Part shown: piece by piece, positions 56,877 through 64,000 of the stretch
Position numbering within the stretch: position 1 is the first letter of the stretch
Layout: the number at the start of each line of letters is the position of its first letter
Assembly: GCA_965541585.1 (NCBI GenBank)
Contig: CBEUCH010000008.1
Span: 32,001 to 96,000 of the forward strand
Length of the DNA: 64,000 nucleotides
Direction of reading: 5' to 3'
From: an uncultured bacterium
GTDB taxonomy: Bacteria > Zixibacteria > MSB-5A5 > UBA10806
Made by a program: the position numbers and the translations under genes
The notes under the pieces: generated by a model
What the model saw: the letters and a program-made list of their open reading frames with translations, nothing else
Database searches by the model: none
What the model was told of the DNA's origin: nothing

Positions 56877-57986
56877 ATGGAAATAGAAAAATTGATGTCA
56901 TCAGATCTCGAAAGCTCGCTTGTGGATGCGATCGAGAACGAGAAGGGCTCGACCGGATCAGTCGATTTCGCAAAGGCCCGGAAGATAGACGTTGACCGCG
57001 ATACATATCTCGAAGCGCAGGCCAAGGGAATGTCTCTAACCGAACTGCTGGAGCAGACGGAATACGATCCGAGTCCCTCCGGTTCATTACTGGATGCTTT
57101 CGAGAGACAACTGGCGTTGAAGGGAATTCGTACTGGGGGCAAAAGTCCGGTAACGGTTGAGATGTTCTATCGAGGCGCACCGGCCCTTATGCCGGAATTC
57201 ATGCAGAGGGAGATCCTGCGGGGGATGAATATGCGTCCCGAACTGGCGAAACTGCTGGCCTCCAGCTCCGGCGTATCCACGTCACGCTACTCACCCATAA
57301 ATATTGACCACTCCGCCACCGATCCCGAAATGTCGCTACGGCCGGTAGGCGAGGGCGCCGTGATACCATCCGTCAATGTCACCGAGCAAAACAACACCAT
57401 AACGATTCCGGATTATGGTCTGACCCTGAAGGTAACCTACAAAGCTCTACGACACCGGAGTATGGCGCAGTTTAAAGTGTTGCTATGGTATATAGGATAT
57501 CGTCTGCAATCGGATAAAGTCGCTCTGGTCGTGGATACAATCATCAACGGCGATGGCAATTCTAATCCGGCGACGGTAATAAACACCGATATTACCAGCA
57601 CTCTCGATTACGACGATCTCATTAAATTCTGGAACGAATTCTATCCTTACCAGCCGAACGTTCTGATCTGCCATAAAGATAAAGTCAGATCGATACTGAC
57701 CCTGGCGGAATTCAAAGATCCCCTGGTCGGCTTCAGTTTCCAGACCAATGGGGAAATTACATCGCCCCTGGGCGCAACGTTGATACGCTGTGATGAAGTC
57801 CCCGCCGATTACGTCATCGGCCTCGATAACCGTTTTGCAATTGAAGAGGTGATCGGCCAGCCCCTGATGGTGGAATACGATAAAATCATCGAGCAGAAGA
57901 TCGAGGAGGCTGTGATATCCGAATCGGTGGCGTACGCAAAAGTCGTGAAGGAATCATCGCTGATACTCGATTCCGAGTGGACTTAA
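56877..57986 (+). CDS. Major capsid protein (HK97-like, putative)
   Basis: About 370 aa; LDAFERQL, ALMPEF, VGEGA.IP, YG..L..TY.A, INGDGN, D.R.A.E features; canonical position. Confidence 0.82.
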   Translation: MEIEKLMSSDLESSLVDAIENEKGSTGSVDFAKARKIDVDRDTYLEAQAKGMSLTELLEQTEYDPSPSGSLLDAFERQLALKGIRTGGKSPVTVEMFYRGAPALMPEFMQREILRGMNMRPELAKLLASSSGVSTSRYSPINIDHSATDPEMSLRPVGEGAVIPSVNVTEQNNTITIPDYGLTLKVTYKALRHRSMAQFKVLLWYIGYRLQSDKVALVVDTIINGDGNSNPATVINTDITSTLDYDDLIKFWNEFYPYQPNVLICHKDKVRSILTLAEFKDPLVGFSFQTNGEITSPLGATLIRCDEVPADYVIGLDNRFAIEEVIGQPLMVEYDKIIEQKIEEAVISESVAYAKVVKESSLILDSEWT

Positions 57987-58008
57987 TCCTCGGTTATCCG
58001 GATTTAAC

Positions 58009-59454
58009 ATGCACAAACTGATAGCCACATCGGCGGCGAACCGGCCCACCGGGTCGCCGCCCCAGAGAAAACTGTTTCGGGTGCCGTCCGGGATATTCAA
58101 GAGAAGGCTGGCGGCTCTATACATGGACTCTGCGGCCGGTATATCGCTTTCGTACTCGGATCACCCGCATCAATCCTGGTCGTCGCCACAGCAGATAATA
58201 ACCGATTCGCTTGACTCACCTTTCAGCGTCAGCATGGATGGATCAGGTAACATATATATAGTCTATAGCGATAGTTCGAAGGATATTAAATTCGTCAAGC
58301 TGACGTTTGCCGCAGGCGCCTGGTCGGCCGGGTCCGCTGTTACGGTCCTGGATGTGGATGATAATTACAATCCCTTTATTCTAAAAGACGGCGACGGCAA
58401 GCTCTGGTGCTTCATTGTAAACCATCGAACTTCGGTCGACTCGAAATACTACGTGCGCTCGAAATTTTCAGACGATGACGGCCAGACATGGGGAACGGGT
58501 GGCAGCGATCTCGGGACGCAGCTTTCGTCGGGATCGGACGATATCTGTTACGTATCGGCCTGCCAGATATCATCGCGGCTTTACACCGTTTATGCCGACG
58601 AGCGATCGAATCTCAAATACCGCGTCTATGACCTGAAACTGGAGTCCTGGGAAAGCGAAAATGCAATCCATACGGGAGATTATATAGATGACGATTTCGA
58701 TATCGCCGTGAGTCCCGATAAGAAACTTGGCGTTGCCTTTTCAATCAGTTCCGATAGCAGGATCTATTTCAAAGAGTTCGATGGTAATTCCTGGAGCGGT
58801 TTACAGGAGGTCGAAGATGTACAGTCAAGATCCCCCCAAATCTCCTATTTGAATGAAATTCCGCATATATTCTATGCTGGATTCCTGGGCAGCAATTACT
58901 ACAGGCTTCGCCATGCGCTAAAATCCGGGGATTCATTCCTCCCTGCCGACTATGCTCCCTCCATAGGAACATTCGATAAAGTTTTGGTTTACGATGATTC
59001 GGCGAGCACTAAATTCGAGGATAAGACAACTGCCGCAGCAGATTCCTCGTCCGGCGATGTGTATCATTCTGAATCATCGGCCTTGTTGAATGGTATAGGC
59101 GATTGCCTCTATGTCGGGAATAAAGACAAGTTCTACTGCGCTACTATTATACTCTCTGTCGCAGGTGCCGGAGGCCAGGTGGTCTGGGAGTATTTCAACG
59201 GAGCTCAATGGATCGCCTTCACTCCGGACAGCGGTGCTTATCATTTCGATTCGGCTGACAAGCTGGTTTATCTGTGGGCCGACGGCGAGTCATTGCCATC
59301 GGACTGGCAAATCGGGGCGATCAACAACTACAACGCATACTGGGTAAGAGCCCGCGTTTCAGTCGGTTTCTCGTCGAACCCGGTCGGCACACAGATCATG
59401 GCAGCGCCCGCGTGCGACGATCTGGCGCTGGTTCGTAACGGCCTCGGGGGATAG
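58009..59454 (+). CDS. Beta-propeller (BNR/Asp-box) structural-type protein
   Basis: SDDDGQTW Asp-box, repeated W-ended blades, C-terminal WEYFNG..W...YWVR domain. Confidence 0.55.
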   Translation: MHKLIATSAANRPTGSPPQRKLFRVPSGIFKRRLAALYMDSAAGISLSYSDHPHQSWSSPQQIITDSLDSPFSVSMDGSGNIYIVYSDSSKDIKFVKLTFAAGAWSAGSAVTVLDVDDNYNPFILKDGDGKLWCFIVNHRTSVDSKYYVRSKFSDDDGQTWGTGGSDLGTQLSSGSDDICYVSACQISSRLYTVYADERSNLKYRVYDLKLESWESENAIHTGDYIDDDFDIAVSPDKKLGVAFSISSDSRIYFKEFDGNSWSGLQEVEDVQSRSPQISYLNEIPHIFYAGFLGSNYYRLRHALKSGDSFLPADYAPSIGTFDKVLVYDDSASTKFEDKTTAAADSSSGDVYHSESSALLNGIGDCLYVGNKDKFYCATIILSVAGAGGQVVWEYFNGAQWIAFTPDSGAYHFDSADKLVYLWADGESLPSDWQIGAINNYNAYWVRARVSVGFSSNPVGTQIMAAPACDDLALVRNGLGG

Positions 59455-59464
59455 GGGAGAGATC

Positions 59465-59836
59465 ATGAACGTTACTCTGGACTACCTGAAATCTAACCGT
59501 AAATGGTTTATCCGCGATTATCGTGTCTGGGGCGATGACGGCGCCCTCGAAGCCGATATGCTGATGACGGAAACAACGCCCTCAACGTCGAGAATAGTCT
59601 TCCTGCATCAGTTCTCCGGTGGCAACGGACAGGTTGTGGATTTTGCGGATCTTCTGGATCATCGCGGCAATAAACTGCCGCTGACCATAAACAATGCAGA
59701 AGTTATTATCATCCCGAAGAATGCGGTCGCCGCCTTCGTTCCTGGCACGGTCGGCCCGACATCTTTTCGAATTGCCAAATCTAATCGGCAACTTGCGGAT
59801 GCAGTCGTCGACCTTTTGATAATGGAGATGAGCTGA
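59465..59836 (+). CDS. Hypothetical protein of the phage-like module
   Basis: GGAG RBS, ORF coupled to the downstream gene. Confidence 0.55.
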   Translation: MNVTLDYLKSNRKWFIRDYRVWGDDGALEADMLMTETTPSTSRIVFLHQFSGGNGQVVDFADLLDHRGNKLPLTINNAEVIIIPKNAVAAFVPGTVGPTSFRIAKSNRQLADAVVDLLIMEMS

Positions 59837-60660
59837 TGTCATTTACGACGAAAGATCTCGTTAAAAAACATATCCTGGATCACCATCTCGGCTCGACCCT
59901 CATGGAAAATGAACCGCTCCAGTTAACCGGTAATGATGCCGTGTCCCTGCAGAGGAGAATGATCCTGAAAGGCTCGGAAAAGGTAAAGGGAAAAGAGCAA
60001 CTGGAGCCGGTTCAGGAAACTGTGAGCTTCGCAGGCTCCGATACATTCAGCCTGTCACATTCGGAACTGATTCCCGATACCGTGGTTGTCGCAGGGGATA
60101 GCTCTTTGGGAACCATTTATCTGGAAAATGTTGATTACCATATAGACTACGACAACGGAGAAATCAGAAGAATCAGCTCCGGATCTCTTGCCGCCGGCGC
60201 CAGCGTGGTGATCTGGTATCTCCACTTTAGAATCTATCAGCGGGGAGTGGATTACGATATCGATTACCAGAAGGGCACTATACGAAGGCGCTCATCAGGG
60301 GACGTTGAGTCCGGGCAGCGGGTCCTGGTGGACTATACGGCGGAGTACGGAGGTCTTGACGATGAGGCCATTGATAATGCTATCACGGAGGCCCATGAGC
60401 AGGTGCTGTCGTATATCGATGAGACCTACCGCGATTCCGCCGACCGTTCGCTGGTTTCCGCGGAGACCTATCTCACGGTTTCTATTATATGCCGTATCCG
60501 GGCCATGGAGGCCGTATCTCCATCGAGGGGCAGCGCCAACAACGCCACCGAGGCTAAATCCTGGTCCGCATTGTCTGACACATACAAGAAGGAGGCATAT
60601 ATTATCCTCTCGAGATTCACCGGTATCGTTGGTTCATTCAAGTCGCCATCGAAAGCTTAA
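59836..60660 (+). CDS. Head-tail connector-like protein with inserted repeats
   Basis: N-terminal FTT.DLVK and helical C-terminal AI.EA...V..Y...AE.YL; two internal DY.IDY..G.IRR repeats. Confidence 0.45.
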   Translation: MSFTTKDLVKKHILDHHLGSTLMENEPLQLTGNDAVSLQRRMILKGSEKVKGKEQLEPVQETVSFAGSDTFSLSHSELIPDTVVVAGDSSLGTIYLENVDYHIDYDNGEIRRISSGSLAAGASVVIWYLHFRIYQRGVDYDIDYQKGTIRRRSSGDVESGQRVLVDYTAEYGGLDDEAIDNAITEAHEQVLSYIDETYRDSADRSLVSAETYLTVSIICRIRAMEAVSPSRGSANNATEAKSWSALSDTYKKEAYIILSRFTGIVGSFKSPSKA

Positions 60661-60701
60661 ATTCAGGGTTCTCATATCCAGGGATAAGCGGAGAAATTAA
60701 A

Positions 60702-61799
60702 ATGGGCAGAATCATTTTAGCCACGCTGAAAGCGTGGCTTATAGTCCCGCTTATAGCGGGACTGGCCTCGTCTGCGTGGGGGGATACATTTGGCTTTTCG
60801 ACCCAGGGTGCTGCCAGTATCGGCGTAAATCAAACGTGGTGTTACAGTAACAGATACCCACCGGATGTTTACGGTGTTTCGGGCGGCGAGATATTAACCG
60901 AGTTGTGGGTGTTTATAGATCCGCCAGCTGCCAACTACACCAGTAAAATGGGCGTATATAAGTGGTCGGCATCCGATTCATGTGTTACCGACAGTATAGT
61001 GACATCCGGCAGCGTCAGCAATCCGTCGGCGGGTGCCGGTTGGATGCGGTATGATATTGCAGATAAGGTATTGACGGCTAACGATACCATATCGATAGTG
61101 GTCGGAAATTTCCAGACGGGAACGTGGTATATATACGAAACGGCTACTACCGATGCCGCAGAAGAGCATACGGCCGGCGATCTGCCGGCTTCGCTGAGCT
61201 GCGACAGCCGGGACGATTGGCGACTCTCCATGTTCGGGTGCATTAACCAGGAAGGTGGGGGTGGTGCTCTGGGGCATAGTCCTGACACATTCAGCCTCGG
61301 CACCAATTGGACTAATCCTGACAACGGCAGGATAGATGATAATTCCTGTGCCACATATAATAATACCGGGCAGGATTATGTCTGTTACCACGATTTCGAT
61401 TTTTCCATTCCATCAGGCGTAACTATTGACAGCTTTGATGTAACCGTGCAAGTTCGTGGCTCTGCCCTGCCTGCGGCAAAACGGGAATATCGTATCGGCT
61501 TGACAAAAGATTCGACAAATGTATATGGAACCGCCAGGCTGGACACTGCCAACAATGCGGGAGCCTGTAGTGACGCAAGCAACCAGACGAATAGTGGCGA
61601 TCTGTTCGGCGGTGCGTCATGGTCGGGATCAGATATAAACGGTCGGGGATTCGGGGTTATCCTCTATGACGATGATGAACAATCAGACGCATTGGATTTT
61701 GATGCCGTCTGGGTGACGGTTTATTTTACGCCCGCAGCGGTAGGGGGGGTGACTCCATCTCCAAGACGAAAAATGATCTCTAAGGTATTCGGGGGATAA
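60702..61799 (+). CDS. Secreted beta-rich protein
   Basis: Sec-type signal peptide ending ASSAWG; FSIPSG.TI motif; Ser/Thr/Asp-rich. Confidence 0.6.
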   Translation: MGRIILATLKAWLIVPLIAGLASSAWGDTFGFSTQGAASIGVNQTWCYSNRYPPDVYGVSGGEILTELWVFIDPPAANYTSKMGVYKWSASDSCVTDSIVTSGSVSNPSAGAGWMRYDIADKVLTANDTISIVVGNFQTGTWYIYETATTDAAEEHTAGDLPASLSCDSRDDWRLSMFGCINQEGGGGALGHSPDTFSLGTNWTNPDNGRIDDNSCATYNNTGQDYVCYHDFDFSIPSGVTIDSFDVTVQVRGSALPAAKREYRIGLTKDSTNVYGTARLDTANNAGACSDASNQTNSGDLFGGASWSGSDINGRGFGVILYDDDEQSDALDFDAVWVTVYFTPAAVGGVTPSPRRKMISKVFGG

Positions 61800-61803
61800 T
61801 AAA

Positions 61804-63540
61804 ATGAAAAAGGTATTTACAATACTATATGTTCTCATCCTTGCCGCCGGGGTTATGGCAATATCGGTAAGGCCAACCGATCAGGTTACAGTAGCTTCCC
61901 GGACGATTTACAATGATGGCAATCTTGCACAGCCCGATTCGGTCAGGATACAGGTATTTCGCAATGGCACGGAGCTTTCTGACGCATGGTATAATACGGG
62001 CGATGCAGAGTGCTCCGCTATTGATAGTTGGTTGATATTCACCGATCAGTTGCAGGATATAGATGGTGCAGGGGGACAGGGACACTATATCATAATGGGT
62101 CGGGCATACGATGAGGATTCAACTCTCTATACGCCCTGGGTATATAATTTCGATGTCGGTATGTGGACAGCCGTTGATCTTATAGAAGATACCCTGCAAT
62201 CACAGGATGGGTGGGTAGCCAGAGAAGCTACGGTTCAGATCATTAATGACAGTTTGGATAGTCAGGATGGATGGGTTGCCCGGAATCAATATGTGGACAC
62301 CGAGGTGCAGGAGATCTTGGACACGCTGAAGACATATGACGACGCCGGTCGCTTTCAGACAGATGCGCAGGAAATCCTCGATACTTTACAGAGCCAGGAT
62401 ACCTGGGTGGCGAAGGAGGCGACCGTAAACGGCCTGAACGACTTTGATCCCCTGTCGGATTCCGTGATGGTCGATATGTCTGTTCTCGATTCGAGCCTGA
62501 TGGGCAGCACTGCCGGGCGGGCATTGCTGTCATTAGCGCCCCATTTCGGGTGGGTGTCTTCTCAGATCAGCACCGGTCAATTCAAAATCGGCGGGCCGAT
62601 GACCGCATACAGCGATGATTTTTTCAATGATCTTCAATTGATTTTCATTGACGGGAATCTGCCCGGCAGGGCATCGAAAGTGACTGATTGGAGCGGTTCG
62701 GATTCGACCATAACGGTCAACCCGTTCTCATCACAGCCCGCCGTATATGACACGTTTGTAGTCGCTCCCAATCTGGATATCTCGGCTTCGGCAGATCTCC
62801 CCGATTCCGTTTCGGCAAGAATAGACTCGATTTTTGCCTCCGTTGGGACATTTTCGGATACCTCGATTACCGCTAAACTGGGGAGTTACTCCGGTGCCGC
62901 CGGGGATAATAACAATGTCAAGGACGACATAGCCGCAATATCCACACAGGGGGGAGGTACGGAAGCTGAAACGCTACTCGTTTTCGATAGTGATTCGACG
63001 GCCATCGAGGGCGTATCCGTCACGGTTCGCAACCTCGACCAGACATCCACAAAAGTGCCCGGTCACCGCACCGACTCCTCCGGCAAACTATACCTCGAGC
63101 TCGATCCCGACAGTTTCGTGGTGGCGCTTTATGCAAACAACTATATCCAGCCGGACCTCGATACAATCGTGGTGTCGACCGGCGGGGGCACAGATACGCT
63201 CTGGATGAACCTGTTCGATCCCGGCAATCCACCATCGCCTGATCTCTGCAGGGTTTATGGCTGGGTATACGATATCACCGGCGATTCGCTCGAAGGCGTG
63301 ACGATAACTTCAGAGATTCCACCGGATTTCCATCCCGTCAAGTACTCGAATGTCATAATTACGCCCTTTAAGAAGACCACGAAGACAGATTCCACCGGCT
63401 ATTGGCAAATCGATCTATTCCCAAATTCGGTCCTGTCCGATGAGGATTCCAGGTACGCCTTTATAATCGAATATCCATCCGGTGTAGTTTTCAAAGCCCG
63501 GGTCGAGGTACCGGATTCGACCAGTTGGCAATTGAAATAA
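61804..63540 (+). CDS. Secreted fibre-like protein with internal repeats and C-terminal prealbumin/carboxypeptidase-regulatory-like domains
   Basis: Signal peptide MKKVFTILYVLILAAGVMA; DTLQSQD.WVA repeats; EGV.V/IT...TDS.G domains twice. Confidence 0.6.
   Translation: MKKVFTILYVLILAAGVMAISVRPTDQVTVASRTIYNDGNLAQPDSVRIQVFRNGTELSDAWYNTGDAECSAIDSWLIFTDQLQDIDGAGGQGHYIIMGRAYDEDSTLYTPWVYNFDVGMWTAVDLIEDTLQSQDGWVAREATVQIINDSLDSQDGWVARNQYVDTEVQEILDTLKTYDDAGRFQTDAQEILDTLQSQDTWVAKEATVNGLNDFDPLSDSVMVDMSVLDSSLMGSTAGRALLSLAPHFGWVSSQISTGQFKIGGPMTAYSDDFFNDLQLIFIDGNLPGRASKVTDWSGSDSTITVNPFSSQPAVYDTFVVAPNLDISASADLPDSVSARIDSIFASVGTFSDTSITAKLGSYSGAAGDNNNVKDDIAAISTQGGGTEAETLLVFDSDSTAIEGVSVTVRNLDQTSTKVPGHRTDSSGKLYLELDPDSFVVALYANNYIQPDLDTIVVSTGGGTDTLWMNLFDPGNPPSPDLCRVYGWVYDITGDSLEGVTITSEIPPDFHPVKYSNVIITPFKKTTKTDSTGYWQIDLFPNSVLSDEDSRYAFIIEYPSGVVFKARVEVPDSTSWQLK
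62180..62430 (+). repeat. Degenerate internal coding repeats
   Basis: DTLQSQDGWVAREATV, DSLDSQDGWVA, QEILDTLK, QEILDTLQSQDTWVAKEATV. Confidence 0.7.
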
Positions 63541-63568
63541 ATACAATAAATCTGTGGAGGAAATTAAG

Positions 63569-63955
63569 ATGTTTATCGAACCTGTCTCAATTCATCACGT
63601 CTCGGCCGGCCTGTTTTCATGGGTAGGGGACATCCTGAGCGAAAGATCGCTGGCGGCGGTCGGTACGATTCTGATGATTTACCTGGGATATCTGATAAAA
63701 AAAGAAATAGTCCCGTTATTGAAAGTCAAACGCAATAAAGAGATTGCGGGCTACATACTTGTGATTGCCGACGATGTTACCGATTATTTCCGGCTGAAGT
63801 TTCCGTCGGCGCACTGGTCGGTATGGCTTGACCGGGCGGTTGACAAAATTATCGATGTTACCGGCGTCGGGAAAAATGCGGCAGAACGTGCCGCCAGAGC
63901 AGCGGTAGCAAGGAAAAAAGAAATAAAGGATCAGAATGAAGAAGGTCGAAGCTGA
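63569..63955 (+). CDS. Holin-like membrane protein
   Basis: GGAGG RBS; single N-terminal TM, amphipathic helices, AAVA then a basic C-terminus. Confidence 0.45.
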   Translation: MFIEPVSIHHVSAGLFSWVGDILSERSLAAVGTILMIYLGYLIKKEIVPLLKVKRNKEIAGYILVIADDVTDYFRLKFPSAHWSVWLDRAVDKIIDVTGVGKNAAERAARAAVARKKEIKDQNEEGRS

Positions 63956-64000
63956 CTATTAGCATCCGGTAAAATTGCCGTCAAGGGGAGCTCATATTCA

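Larger units (their letters stand above)
48302..63955 (+). mobile_element. Phage-derived head/DNA-packaging cluster (GTA-like or domesticated prophage); may continue past the window
   Basis: Co-oriented portal, TerS, TerL, protease, decoration, capsid, adaptor and holin-like genes; no integrase, repressor or tail tube seen. Confidence 0.8.

Noticed and set aside
56877..57986. Encapsulin nanocompartment
   Set aside because: Portal, terminase and protease genes indicate DNA packaging rather than an encapsulin.
1..64000. CRISPR array, tRNA/rRNA, integrase, transposase or reverse transcriptase
   Set aside because: No regularly spaced repeats, cloverleaf or rRNA signatures, or matching catalytic motifs were seen by eye.

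Overview
Bacterial chromosomal window, probably from an FCB-related diderm such as candidate Zixibacteria. This is inferred from the dockerin-like and 'QNYPNPFN' secretion-tail proteins, the LPS genes and the gene order. Bases 1-48.2 kb are mostly housekeeping: lepB, efp, rnhC, ctpA, a divergent moeA, trpS-scpA-(secreted metalloprotease)-scpB-rluB-cmk-plsC-rpsA, an LPS-core/MsbA/Rel/UppP operon, two AmmeMemoRadiSam radical SAM genes, an MrfA-like DUF1998 helicase, and a paralogous surface-protein array flanked by REP-like palindromes. From about 48.3 kb to the end is the most interesting part, a co-oriented phage-head module: portal, small and large terminase, prohead protease, decoration protein, HK97-type capsid, head-tail adaptor, two signal-peptide proteins and a holin-like gene. 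No integrase, repressor, replication or tail-tube genes are visible in the window. The module is headed by a small Zn-finger gene and a Hel308/Ski2-like helicase with degenerate motifs fused to an OmpR-type winged-helix domain. It also carries a palindromic operator shared with the MrfA-like helicase promoter, a repeated GCAT-N5-TTGC motif, and a candidate antisense sRNA with anti-SD loops. The whole resembles a domesticated, gene-transfer-agent-like system. That is inference, and the right boundary may lie outside the window. All family calls come from motif recognition by eye, not database searches.
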